Positions 34,466 through 44,179 are shown, counted from the first letter of the stretch. The stretch is DNA of 45,534 nucleotides from a virus (IMGVR_UViG_3300005573_000137:1-45534), one strand, 5' to 3'. The notes: a model not told the origin generated them from the letters alone. A program made the numbers and translations.

Positions 34466-35788
34466 CTAAGCACCAATAGTAATAAGTTGATGAGATTCCT
34501 GAAGTTCAACACCAAGTCCATCATCACCACTAAAGACGTCTTTTACGCCTGCATAGTCATCATCGACTTTAACATTGTTTTTGAATTCAGTAGGCTCATA
34601 AACTGCCTGGAATAAATGAGTATGGTCAAGAACAACCATAGAGTTAGTATAAGGAGTCCCCTGGAAAGCTTTTAATTTAACCAAATGCAAAATTCCATGA
34701 GGAGTTTCTAATATCCTTACATTAAAACCAAGATTATTTCTTTGACTTCCAGATATTTGAACATTCCATCCCGATTTACCAAGAGTTCCACCAGCCGAAC
34801 CATCCATCATTGACCAGAAAGACAATGCACCAGGTCCGCAAAGTGCGAATTTCTCGCCTCTATCAGCATCGAATTGGAATATCTTCTCAGTCATTTTAAC
34901 ATAATCAGAGTATTTGAATGTACTTGCCGAAATGTTAAAAAGATTCTGATAATCATTATTCGGGTCAGCACTACCATATTTTTCGAGTATCGGAACGATA
35001 CCCATTGTAGTGCGGTTTTTATTACCATCTTTGTCAGTTCTATGACCATCAGACAGTGCTGTTCCATCCATACCAGTTCCAATTACAGATGCACCTAAGA
35101 GATAAGCTCTTTCTCTTTGCATCTTAAATTGACGAGCTTTTTCTTCTCTTAGTCTTTCAAGGTCATTGCTATAACCTCTTAAGGCTGCTCTGTAAAGTTT
35201 CTTTGTGATTTCAACGGGTACAGAGAAATATTGGGTAGAGTTATAGACAGTTGTTAGTTCATCAGCCCAAGCTTGACCAGCATGAGTACCTTCACCCCTT
35301 ACATTACCGATAACAGTTAAGTAATCATTATCAGCAAGTGTAATAGTAGAACCGCCTTTTGCCCAAAGCAATTTAAGAGATAAGTTTCCATTAACAACAT
35401 CAGTTACTACAACTACTCCCTTTTTAGTTGCCTTCGTACTATCCCGAACCTCTAACTCTAATCCAATAAAAGAAGCATCTGGTGTTTTTGCAAGGTTGAC
35501 AATACCATCAACAGGAACACCAGCCAAGCCAACATCATTGTTTGGTATAGTACCTGGAGTTGCACTATTAACTTGCATTTCTTGTTTGAGCCATGTTGGT
35601 CTATGTTCAAACATTTTGAATAATGGGTCGTTAGGATACCTAACCTCCAAATTCCCTACGATAGTAGTAAATGGAGTTATATCAGTATATAATTCTGCTA
35701 CTTCATAGGGTTTTATATAGAATTGTCTCTGGTCTAAGAAAAGAGTACCAATTCCATTGTCAGCGAATAAACTTCTTGCTGTGGACAT
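34466..35788 (-). CDS. Major capsid protein
   Basis: 440 aa after portal and scaffold; TPF, YNSTQYF, R.TMGI and ETPHG.L motifs of HK97-fold podophage capsids. Confidence 0.8.
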   Translation of the reverse strand: MSTARSLFADNGIGTLFLDQRQFYIKPYEVAELYTDITPFTTIVGNLEVRYPNDPLFKMFEHRPTWLKQEMQVNSATPGTIPNNDVGLAGVPVDGIVNLAKTPDASFIGLELEVRDSTKATKKGVVVVTDVVNGNLSLKLLWAKGGSTITLADNDYLTVIGNVRGEGTHAGQAWADELTTVYNSTQYFSVPVEITKKLYRAALRGYSNDLERLREEKARQFKMQRERAYLLGASVIGTGMDGTALSDGHRTDKDGNKNRTTMGIVPILEKYGSADPNNDYQNLFNISASTFKYSDYVKMTEKIFQFDADRGEKFALCGPGALSFWSMMDGSAGGTLGKSGWNVQISGSQRNNLGFNVRILETPHGILHLVKLKAFQGTPYTNSMVVLDHTHLFQAVYEPTEFKNNVKVDDDYAGVKDVFSGDDGLGVELQESHQLITIGA

Positions 35789-35820
35789 TTATCGCTTTTC
35801 CTTTCTTTTCTAACAAACCA

Positions 35821-36753
35821 CTACCGTTTAGATGCAGTGGCAAATATATCCCTATTACGCCTATCAGAAGAAGCTTTTACATTACGCTGGGCAACACTTG
35901 GCTGTATTGCTGCTGGAGCTGGTCCAAACTGCGCTAAGTTTTTCTTAGGTTGGTTTGTCTGTTTTGCATTTGCTTTTTCTGCTTTGTCCCTTGCCATTTT
36001 CCATTCAAAGTATTCTGGAAGGTTAATCATATTTTGCGGGTCTTTAGTAAAACGAATAAATTCATTCGCTTTATTTTGGTCCCACTTTCGTGTTTGCATC
36101 AAATGTTGTACTGCCAAAGCTTCTTGCTGTCTCTCCACCAATCGTTGTTGTTCTTGTTCGATAACTTTACGATAAGGAGTAAGTTCTTTCTCCAGGAGTT
36201 TGTCTCTATAAGCATCTTTTTCTTCGTAGTACCTCTCTAATGCAATACGATATTTATATGATTCAGAATTAGGGTCTGTATCTAACGGGTCATAATTCTG
36301 AGGGACATTAGGCTTTTGAGGAGGTTTTAATTCTTCCTGCTGCTGCATACTTGCTGGTTGAACTGCCTTACCAGTAAGATGAGCTTCTATTGCATCCAAA
36401 GCTGCAGGATTGCTTTGTAAGTATTTCACTATTGGAGTATACGTTCGCATTTCCTCCAATTCCTTCCTATATTGGTCAGCTTGACTCTGCCAATACTCGT
36501 AACGACTCTCGTCTTGTTTATTCCCATTTTTGGAAGGATTGGAAACTTTAGATTCGGTTTTTGCTTCTTCATTAGTTTCAGCAAACGGGTCATCTCTATA
36601 TTCTGGATTAAATTGAAAATCATCTTGATTATCACTGATTGTTTGCTCATCTAATGATTCATCACTGCCATGATTATCAATTGTATCACCAGTAGGGTCA
36701 GATGAAAAAAGATTATTCATTGAACCATTGGGAACAGCATTGTTTTTTAGCAT
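35821..36753 (-). CDS. Scaffolding protein
   Basis: Acidic disordered N-terminus, YEYWQSQAD coiled coil; lies between portal and capsid genes. Confidence 0.7.
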   Translation of the reverse strand: MLKNNAVPNGSMNNLFSSDPTGDTIDNHGSDESLDEQTISDNQDDFQFNPEYRDDPFAETNEEAKTESKVSNPSKNGNKQDESRYEYWQSQADQYRKELEEMRTYTPIVKYLQSNPAALDAIEAHLTGKAVQPASMQQQEELKPPQKPNVPQNYDPLDTDPNSESYKYRIALERYYEEKDAYRDKLLEKELTPYRKVIEQEQQRLVERQQEALAVQHLMQTRKWDQNKANEFIRFTKDPQNMINLPEYFEWKMARDKAEKANAKQTNQPKKNLAQFGPAPAAIQPSVAQRNVKASSDRRNRDIFATASKR

Positions 36754-36764
36754 TTTGTTTACCT

Positions 36765-39041
36765 TTATATTTGTTCACCCTGTTGGGCATTTTGCATTTG
36801 CGGTTTATACCGATTAGCAAACTTTTCTTTAGCAAGTTTATTTTCCATATCAAGTCTATCACTAAATAAATCAAATTGATTTTTGGATAATTGATTATGG
36901 AGTTGAACCGCTTGTCTTGCACTTTCAGAATATTTATGTAGTTCAGTCTTAAATTTCTCAACCTCAACACGCTTCTTATCATGTAAGGATTCTCTTTGGG
37001 CAGTTTGAAGGTCACCAGACAGTTGCTTAATCTGCTGTTGTAATTGCTGAATTGTCTGCTGCATCTGAACTAATTGCGAATGTCTATTTAGAACACCCTC
37101 GACATCTACAAGTTCAGATTTCTTCAATACTTCAACTTGGTCAATCAAACCTCTCTCATACATAGTCATGTAATATTCAAATTGTGCCCACCTATTGGCA
37201 GGTAGCATTGAACCACTTACTACTATCACATCATATTCACCAGTAGTAATATCATTGAATTTGCCAACTACATTCCCAAAGTCATCATAAATTGGAGTGT
37301 TAATTGATAATTCTTTCGGTGCATTATTAGGTTGTAATAATCTTATAACTTTTTCTTCTGTATATACTTGTTGCATAAGCTTTATCACAACCCTTGCAAG
37401 GGCGTTCATAGCTCCTTCTATATCATCTATTTTTGATTTAATACGTCTTAAACCGTATTCATCTATGGCTATCGTTCCCTTGTAGGTATCGGGCGCTACA
37501 TTAGCATCCCCTTGTTGCAAAGCATATATTCCAAGTACTCTTTCAATCTCTGCAATCTTATCAGCTTTATTTTTATATAATTCATTTGGTAAAGGAGGTG
37601 GATAGAACTGTTCGGGTTTCCCTATCTCTGCATTATATTCAAAAAACTCTGTTCCCGAATTGCCCCATCTTGCAGCAATATCTTTTTTGTCAACAGCCCC
37701 TCTGGGATAAAATATCTTTGTGTTAGTCGAATTGGTAGCATGAATTACAATCAAAGATTCAATTCTATTTATTTGGGCTTGTAAATCTTCTACCATCTTA
37801 ACATCAGAATCTGGATAAGGCGTTCTATCATGATGATTTGGAACTAATACGATAGGATATTCTGGTATATCTATTATTCCACTAAAGCATAGGATTTGCC
37901 CTATGCTTAATACCCTTTTAATCTTAGTTTCTAAAATTTGTTCAGACTTATATACTCCATTTTCAATTAAGTCTCCCTTACGAATGATTCTCATTGTTGT
38001 AGTTGAACCTGGAATCATTGTTGGTGAAGTTGCCCCCGCTGCCATAACTGGTGCATTAGTCTGACTATCCATTTCTAAATGAGTCTCAAGACCATAGTTT
38101 TGAATTACTTGAAAATATTCTTTAACCATATCATCATCAGTAATAAACTGCGGGTCTTCTCCTTGCTTTATAACTGCCACTGCGGGCTGTTGTATAAAAT
38201 TCTTAAATTGTTCCTCAGTTAGAATATGCTCTTCACCGTTTCCAATTACTCTAAAATTATAATCTTTTATTTTTGTGTATCTGTCAATTACTTCATATTT
38301 AATATGAACATAATCGTTGACAGTTTGATGTAATCCCTCCGAATCATAACCTTGTGATATTGGATGAAAGTCGCTTCTGAATGTTTGTCCATTCTTCAGT
38401 TTAGATATGTATTGAGGATATGATATTTCGATTTGTTCTTCGGTCATAACTTTAGCAATAATTATATTGCTTGCATCACGTCCATAAGGGTCTTTTGAGT
38501 TCGGGTCTACGAATACATCAAAACTATCAACAGAATCAATAAAAACTTCACCTTTATTGTGATTGGCAAACGGGTCAACATAAGCCATCAAAACACCTAA
38601 ACCACGAACATAATATTCATCAATAGTTTGTTTTAATTTCATGTTACCATCTGATATTTCCCAGACATAACTGAGCATATCAGAAAAAATCTTTCCCGTT
38701 CTTGTATCAGAATCTTCCCTACCAGTAGTCGAGAAACGAGGCTTATTCGTGGTTAGCATTGCTTTGGCTTGCTCCACAGCGGGTTCAATTACATTAAGAA
38801 TAATTGGCGGTTGACGTCTTTTCTTCATGCTTGCTATCTCTTCTTTGGTCAATTGATAGCCTCGCCTAAAGTCATCCCACTTCTTTGCCTTAGTCTCCCA
38901 TAATTTTCTCGAAGCACGATAATTTTCAAGTAAGTAAATAGACCGCTGTACTTCTGGGTCTATAACAAACCCTCCACTACTACTATCCGTCTGTGCTTCC
39001 CTTAAAGGAACATTATTGAATAAATTTGTGATATTTGTCAT
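36765..39041 (-). CDS. Portal protein (P22-like)
   Basis: G.Q...E...R.QPP..N.I.P, DVFVDP and GEYDV motifs; C-terminal Q-rich barrel. Confidence 0.9.
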   Translation of the reverse strand: MTNITNLFNNVPLREAQTDSSSGGFVIDPEVQRSIYLLENYRASRKLWETKAKKWDDFRRGYQLTKEEIASMKKRRQPPIILNVIEPAVEQAKAMLTTNKPRFSTTGREDSDTRTGKIFSDMLSYVWEISDGNMKLKQTIDEYYVRGLGVLMAYVDPFANHNKGEVFIDSVDSFDVFVDPNSKDPYGRDASNIIIAKVMTEEQIEISYPQYISKLKNGQTFRSDFHPISQGYDSEGLHQTVNDYVHIKYEVIDRYTKIKDYNFRVIGNGEEHILTEEQFKNFIQQPAVAVIKQGEDPQFITDDDMVKEYFQVIQNYGLETHLEMDSQTNAPVMAAGATSPTMIPGSTTTMRIIRKGDLIENGVYKSEQILETKIKRVLSIGQILCFSGIIDIPEYPIVLVPNHHDRTPYPDSDVKMVEDLQAQINRIESLIVIHATNSTNTKIFYPRGAVDKKDIAARWGNSGTEFFEYNAEIGKPEQFYPPPLPNELYKNKADKIAEIERVLGIYALQQGDANVAPDTYKGTIAIDEYGLRRIKSKIDDIEGAMNALARVVIKLMQQVYTEEKVIRLLQPNNAPKELSINTPIYDDFGNVVGKFNDITTGEYDVIVVSGSMLPANRWAQFEYYMTMYERGLIDQVEVLKKSELVDVEGVLNRHSQLVQMQQTIQQLQQQIKQLSGDLQTAQRESLHDKKRVEVEKFKTELHKYSESARQAVQLHNQLSKNQFDLFSDRLDMENKLAKEKFANRYKPQMQNAQQGEQI

Positions 39042-39074
39042 TATAATTTACTTTAACTAAACGCCGTAAACTTA

Positions 39075-39097
39075 TAATATTAAAAAGATTACCGCAA
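39075..39097 (-). promoter_or_regulatory. Possible internal promoter upstream of the portal gene (-35 box and spacer; -10-like TAAGTT follows at 39069..39074)
   Basis: TTGCGG-17bp-TAAGTT on the - strand in the TerL-portal gap. Confidence 0.3.
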
Positions 39098-39122
39098 TCT
39101 TATATATAAACTTGATTATATA

Positions 39123-40649
39123 CTAAGCAATTTTCCAATTAGTGATTCCAATACTTAAATCAGAATCATCATTGTCTTCTATTTGAGTTGCCGTATGGTA
39201 AGGTGGGAAACTGCCCTTCTGAGCATAATAAAAGCCATCTAAGGTGTCATCATTCTTTCCTCTTGGATAAACTAAGAGTTCATCTCTAAATTCTTCCATG
39301 TTTTCTGTTAGATGAACCTTACCTTGAATAAACAGTGGTTCTAATGATTCAAGTCTTGCTGATTTTGAATCTCTTGGTTTCTCATTTATTTCAAGTCCAG
39401 GTATATAAAGCCCCAAATTCTCTTGCTCTCTTTGTAAATATTCTCTAAGCATTTCTTGATAGCCTACTGTTTCAATTCGGGTGATTCTTGGATAAAGCAT
39501 CTTAAATCTTTGAATTATACTTTCTCCTAATGTGAATGGAGTTACTCTTTTACGGAAATATGGTAGACAGTAAATATTTCTTTTATCATCAATAGCAATA
39601 GGAAAGATTACTGAAAAGTCTGCATGCTTTTTAGTTGAAGAAGCGGGGTCAACTCCCATAAATATATTAACTGGGACAGTTAAATTTTCAGATATAATTT
39701 CTTTTTTATAATTCTTAATCCAATTGATTTTCAGTAGTGGCTCTTCACCAATATTTAATAATTCTCCATCATAATATTTCAAATACTCTTCTTTGAAAAT
39801 CTGGTCTTCATCTCCAGTAACAATACATTGTCTTTCCTTCATAAAGATTGAACCACGTCCAATCTTAATAAGGTTATCACGTTCAGCCAGCAGTTCTTCA
39901 ACTGACTTCTTCTGGGTCCATAATGAATAATAATTACCCGCCTCATCTGTATTGAGATATGATTTACGTATAGTAAACCAATCTTCCATTTCGGCAAGTG
40001 TTTCAACAATGCAACGTTGATTCAGTGGAGTACCAATTACAATAATCTTACTTGTCCCATTCTTTTCATCTAAAGCAGGCAGTGCCCCTTGCAATAGCCA
40101 CTTTAGATTATCTTCCATAGCATCAACTGTCTTTGTGTTATTCTCATCTTCTGGGTCATCAAGAATGATTAGAGTGGGTCTCATTCCATACATATTTAAT
40201 CCACGAATAGGTTGCCCTAATCCTCTCGTAAGAATAACAGATTTATTCTTAAGAGCTATCATATCATCTCTCCATACAAGAGCAGAATGTTCACCCCAAT
40301 ATCCATGAATAGCCCTAAACTCTGGACTGTATTCTATTACATCTTTAATTTTTCTTAATCGGTCTTTTGAATGGGATTGTGTCTTTGATACGATTACTAC
40401 AAACTTGGGAGTGTCGTGATTCTCAATAAATATATGATGAAGAGGTTTAACCTCTCCAGCAATTGTGGTTTTGGCTAAACCTCTTGGAAGTATAAGATTT
40501 ACTTTTCGTTTTGTAGGGTCTAAAAGAATCTCTTCTACTTCGTAATGTACTTTTGGTGAATCTGCCCAAAATGTTTTAGGCATTATTATTTTACCATAAA
40601 GTAAAAGTTGGTCATTAAGAGATTCAATTATATCATTAGAACCCGACAT
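39123..40649 (-). CDS. terL: Terminase large subunit
   Basis: PRGLAKTT Walker A, IILDDPE Walker B, IGTP, GVDPA nuclease motif and NDDTLD. Confidence 0.95.
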   Translation of the reverse strand: MSGSNDIIESLNDQLLLYGKIIMPKTFWADSPKVHYEVEEILLDPTKRKVNLILPRGLAKTTIAGEVKPLHHIFIENHDTPKFVVIVSKTQSHSKDRLRKIKDVIEYSPEFRAIHGYWGEHSALVWRDDMIALKNKSVILTRGLGQPIRGLNMYGMRPTLIILDDPEDENNTKTVDAMEDNLKWLLQGALPALDEKNGTSKIIVIGTPLNQRCIVETLAEMEDWFTIRKSYLNTDEAGNYYSLWTQKKSVEELLAERDNLIKIGRGSIFMKERQCIVTGDEDQIFKEEYLKYYDGELLNIGEEPLLKINWIKNYKKEIISENLTVPVNIFMGVDPASSTKKHADFSVIFPIAIDDKRNIYCLPYFRKRVTPFTLGESIIQRFKMLYPRITRIETVGYQEMLREYLQREQENLGLYIPGLEINEKPRDSKSARLESLEPLFIQGKVHLTENMEEFRDELLVYPRGKNDDTLDGFYYAQKGSFPPYHTATQIEDNDDSDLSIGITNWKIA

Positions 40650-40657
40650 TTAATTAC

Positions 40658-40834
40658 TTATTTCTTTTTGCCAAAATTCTTGGCAAATACTGCCTGCTTG
40701 ACTGTTGCAGTTGAATAATTAGATTTATTTGATAGGACTTGATTTGCAAACTGCTGTACAGTTTTACCATGCGCCTTTGCTTTAGCTGTGAAAGCTCCAG
40801 GATGTTTGATATGTATTTCACTTGGTTTAGTCAT
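40658..40834 (-). CDS. Small basic protein (58 aa, IHIKHPGAFTAKAKAHG...)
   Basis: Translated by hand; AAGG RBS; fills the gap before TerL; recurrent phage motif. Confidence 0.7.
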   Translation of the reverse strand: MTKPSEIHIKHPGAFTAKAKAHGKTVQQFANQVLSNKSNYSTATVKQAVFAKNFGKKK

Positions 40835-40835
40835 G

Positions 40836-41180
40836 TTATTTGCCCTTCTTTACTTTCTCAAATTTCGCTTCATGTATTGTAGTCTCTACTAAACTTGGAA
40901 CGAATTCCAATTTAAGGTGATGCAAAAGAAGATTAAATCGATTCTTCAAATGATTACATTTATCATTTAACTTTTCATATTTAGCTTCCCATCCCTCTTT
41001 AGCTGCAAATAGTTGGCTACTCGTTAGTCTTACTCTGTCTAATAAAACACCCGTAAATGAATCAACTGCATGAATCCTTTCATTTAGAATTTTATATCTT
41101 TCAACTTGTTTCTTATTATTTATCATATTAAGAATTCCAAGAATAAGTGATATAATCGAAATTATGTATAACAGTACCAT
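40836..41180 (-). CDS. TM-anchored coiled-coil protein
   Basis: N-terminal TM helix; AGGA RBS. Confidence 0.65.
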   Translation of the reverse strand: MVLLYIISIISLILGILNMINNKKQVERYKILNERIHAVDSFTGVLLDRVRLTSSQLFAAKEGWEAKYEKLNDKCNHLKNRFNLLLHHLKLEFVPSLVETTIHEAKFEKVKKGK

Positions 41181-41197
41181 TTTATTTCCTACCTAAA

Positions 41198-41377
41198 TTA
41201 TTTGAATCTTTGTGTTACCGCTTTAACGTCCATCATAAATGTTGTCGGGAAAAATCTTTTCTTTAATTCTTTTCCACACTTAGGACATGTTGTAAGAGGC
41301 AATGCCTTTATTGATTGCATTGCCTCAAAATAAAATTTACATTTCTTATTTGAACATTTATATCCATAGACTGGCAT
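41198..41377 (-). CDS. FmdB-like zinc-ribbon protein (59 aa)
   Basis: MPVYGYKC....C...FE..QSI...PLTTCPKCG; GAGGAG RBS; translated by hand. Confidence 0.8.
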   Translation of the reverse strand: MPVYGYKCSNKKCKFYFEAMQSIKALPLTTCPKCGKELKKRFFPTTFMMDVKAVTQRFK

Positions 41378-41389
41378 TGCTTCTCCTCT

Positions 41390-41581
41390 TTAATTTGTAG
41401 GCTGATTACTTGTTTGTTCTGGAATTTTATTCATGGTAAATCTATTATCATATTCTAATTCATAACCATTTTGTTCAAAGATTTTTTGAAGTGCACTTAT
41501 TTCGTCATCATTAAAAGCATAACCATAAATTACTCGGCAAATGTTAAGATAGTGAAAAAGATAATCTATTGTAGTTTTCAT
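41390..41581 (-). CDS. Hypothetical protein
   Basis: AAGGA RBS, 63 aa. Confidence 0.6.
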   Translation of the reverse strand: MKTTIDYLFHYLNICRVIYGYAFNDDEISALQKIFEQNGYELEYDNRFTMNKIPEQTSNQPTN

Positions 41582-41628
41582 TGTTGTTCCTTATTTATTT
41601 ATTAACTGATTGTTATTTATTATTCCCC

Positions 41629-41904
41629 TTAATCAAATTGTTTCATAAACTCTTCAATTTCTAATTGCCCATCATCTAATGAAACTCTATTCTTTGTTCC
41701 ATAAGCTTCATCTAAGGCATCTAATGCTTCTTCAAAGTCTTTATCCCTTTGAGTAATTCTCCACTTTTTTGTTATACCAGAATAAATATATTTCTGAGGC
41801 ATTGTTTTCTTTATCAATTCAATTGCCCTCTGTGCCAATGTTGATGTCCAATCTGCTGATTCAAATTGAATTGTTATTGAAAATTCATCTTTCGTAACTT
41901 TCAT
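41629..41904 (-). CDS. Hypothetical protein
   Basis: Packed in the operon, 91 aa. Confidence 0.65.
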   Translation of the reverse strand: MKVTKDEFSITIQFESADWTSTLAQRAIELIKKTMPQKYIYSGITKKWRITQRDKDFEEALDALDEAYGTKNRVSLDDGQLEIEEFMKQFD

Positions 41905-41905
41905 C

Positions 41906-42253
41906 TTAAATCTCTACTTTATTATTTGGGCTATTAATTAAATCCTCATCATTTTGTAAACATTCCAAAATTGTTAAATATGTAATTGCATCAAGCACTC
42001 TACTTCTGAGTGATTCCGAAGCATCTATTGGGCTGTTAGGATTATCTGCAATAGCATTGTTAATTGAATCAACATGCTTATTAAAATAAACTGCCCATAC
42101 TTGATACGGAGTAAGATTGAGTCTTTCAGCATTACGTTTGAAATTCGATAATGAATCTTGCTGACCTGCATAACTCTTACCCTTTGTATGCAATAGCTCA
42201 ATTGATTCTTCAAATAAATTCTTTGCTATCTTTTCTCTATCTTCAAGTGTCAT
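41906..42253 (-). CDS. All-alpha NTP-pyrophosphatase-like protein (DUF1599/DUF6378-like)
   Basis: KG.SY...D.LSNF...KH......D.ITY motif. Confidence 0.6.
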   Translation of the reverse strand: MTLEDREKIAKNLFEESIELLHTKGKSYAGQQDSLSNFKRNAERLNLTPYQVWAVYFNKHVDSINNAIADNPNSPIDASESLRSRVLDAITYLTILECLQNDEDLINSPNNKVEI

Positions 42254-42273
42254 ATCTATTTCCTTAATCTTTG

Positions 42274-42346
42274 TAGCGGGAGGGGGACTCGAACCCCCAA
42301 CCTCCTGATAATGAGTCAGTTAAGCTGCCTATTGCTCCATCCCGCT
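42274..42346 (-). tRNA. tRNA with CAT anticodon (Met or Ile2), no encoded CCA
   Basis: Cloverleaf: AGCGGGA/TCCCGCT acceptor, GAGC/GCTT D-stem, CTGA-CTCATTA-TCAG anticodon arm, GGGGG-TTCGAGT-CCCCC T-arm. Confidence 0.9.
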
Positions 42347-43315
42347 ATCTTCTATTTGTCTTGCTTTGGTGTCTTCAAATTGCTCACTGGCTTCTTGTCT
42401 ATCAATAGCGACTTTATCGTCGCTAAGTTCACTGCCAGCTCCGTACAAAGTACGTTGAAGTTGAAGTTGTTGTTCTCTAAGTCTATCATGTCCAATACCT
42501 TGACTATCATTTGGTCTAATTTCTGTTCCATGTTGTAATTGCCCTTCTATTGTTTGTTGTTTGATTAATTTTGCTTGTTGTATTGCCTCGCCTATTTGCT
42601 GTACTAAACCCGTTTCCATATGATTGGTTTCTTTTACTTTAGGCGCTTCCATTGCAAGCCATTTGCCTGCAATTTCAATTAACTTTGCCCCCGCTTTCAA
42701 ATCTTTTTCGCTAATAGCCAAATCTATCATTCTCTTCGCTGATGACGATACAAACTCTTTATCTAATCCACTTTGCTTTAATATTTCATCAACCTCTGCC
42801 ATTATTAATCCCTTTACTTTCTCTGTCTTTACAAGCTTTCTACCACTTATTTCTGGAAGTCTATGGTCAGGTCGATATAACTTACCTATGTATTCATAAT
42901 CAACCTTCCCAGCTAACATCATCCTTGCTACTATTTTCGCTATGAATTTTATCTTTGCCCTTCTTATGAACTTATTCTGCCAATTCTCTGGCTTAATTGG
43001 TCCATATACACCTTTCTTATAATGGTCTAAGAATAGCATTTTTGAACTATCCTTAACAAAATTGCCCGCATAACTTAACTTTACATGTACATTCTCTTTC
43101 TTGCAATACCTATTCTTCTTGTAACTTTTAATTGCCTCTACTTCACCTATGTATCCATCATCTCCAATTGCCCATTTATACTCACTGCCTGGTTTAAGTT
43201 CTTTCCAATAAACATAAGGTTCTTTGAATAGCCCCGATTTAACGTCTTCTAATGTGTAAATTGGAACTTCTCTCGTCGCTTTAGAATGAAATATCCGCTT
43301 CTTTATCTTTATCAT
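42329..43315 (-). CDS. Putative terminase small subunit-like protein
   Basis: Near the head of the packaging operon; basic N-terminus and helical C-terminal part (K..EI.GKWL.M) resembling TerS. Confidence 0.45.
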   Translation of the reverse strand: MIKIKKRIFHSKATREVPIYTLEDVKSGLFKEPYVYWKELKPGSEYKWAIGDDGYIGEVEAIKSYKKNRYCKKENVHVKLSYAGNFVKDSSKMLFLDHYKKGVYGPIKPENWQNKFIRRAKIKFIAKIVARMMLAGKVDYEYIGKLYRPDHRLPEISGRKLVKTEKVKGLIMAEVDEILKQSGLDKEFVSSSAKRMIDLAISEKDLKAGAKLIEIAGKWLAMEAPKVKETNHMETGLVQQIGEAIQQAKLIKQQTIEGQLQHGTEIRPNDSQGIGHDRLREQQLQLQRTLYGAGSELSDDKVAIDRQEASEQFEDTKARQIEDSGMEQ

Positions 43316-43470
43316 CTAATTATTCTTAAATCTTTTGTTATCTTACCCTTCATATAAGCCGATTTAACACGTCTTTCAACCGACTTTGAACTCTTAACAT
43401 CTATTCTAAACTCATCTCTAATGGCTTTTAATATGTTCTTTCTTAATCTCTTGGCTGTTTTATTGTTCAT
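43312..43470 (-). CDS. Small basic protein (52 aa, MNNKTAKRLRK...)
   Basis: First ORF after the late promoter; ATGA-coupled to the next gene; translated by hand. Confidence 0.6.
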   Translation of the reverse strand: MNNKTAKRLRKNILKAIRDEFRIDVKSSKSVERRVKSAYMKGKITKDLRIIR

Positions 43471-43508
43471 CCTATGCTTTCACAGTGTTATTTATTAAAG
43501 TCTTTCCA

Positions 43509-43537
43509 AATTTAACACTTATTTAGTGTCTTGTCAA
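43509..43537 (-). promoter_or_regulatory. Strong sigma70-type promoter of the structural arm
   Basis: TTGACA-17bp-TAAATT with an extended -10 TG. Confidence 0.75.
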
Positions 43538-43909
43538 GTTTTACTTTAAGTAAATACTATAATTACATCTATCAAAGGATGTTATAAAAATTTTTTCTAA
43601 AATTTTTTGCATCTCAACTTGCTGTAACATAGCAATTAAACAAGACTTATAACAAAAACGTTTGTTTTAGTATCTAAAAGTGTAAAAATTGTGGTAGAAT
43701 GGAGGTGGGAGGTAACCACCTGACCCACCCCCCCCATTTGGAGGGTGTGTACGGGTAAGAAAATGGTTGAGATTTGTTGCATTTACATTTTTCTGGATGG
43801 TCATTTCTCATCCTCCAAATGGGATACCCCTATGGTCTGGGTTTTAAGGTAGAAACTCAAAAATTAAAAATTAACAATAATTAAATAATTTATAAAAAAG
43901 GAGTGTGTT

Positions 43910-44170
43910 ATGGAATTAAGGTTTTATTTCAAAAAGTATAATTCGAATGAAAAAAGATTCGAATTGTGTGATAAATCAAAAGCTGAATCTATTTCAGTTT
44001 TTGTGGAAGATTCACTTGATACCCTTGAATTAAGGGAAAAGATATATAAGAAAGTAGAAGAATTTAACAGTAAATTTGCACTTGTTAATAGTGCAAAAGG
44101 AAGAGCAGATGGAGTTAGGGGAACGTATTTGAACTTTGCAAAACCAAAATATGAAACTGTTACATTGTAA
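43910..44170 (+). CDS. Hypothetical protein, first gene of the early arm
   Basis: AAGGAG RBS; followed by its own terminator. Confidence 0.75.
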   Translation: MELRFYFKKYNSNEKRFELCDKSKAESISVFVEDSLDTLELREKIYKKVEEFNSKFALVNSAKGRADGVRGTYLNFAKPKYETVTL

Positions 44171-44179
44171 TAGTCTTAG

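Noticed and set aside
42274-42346. tRNA as an attP/prophage integration site
   Set aside because: No integrase and no host-like flanking genes; the tRNA is full length inside the late operon.
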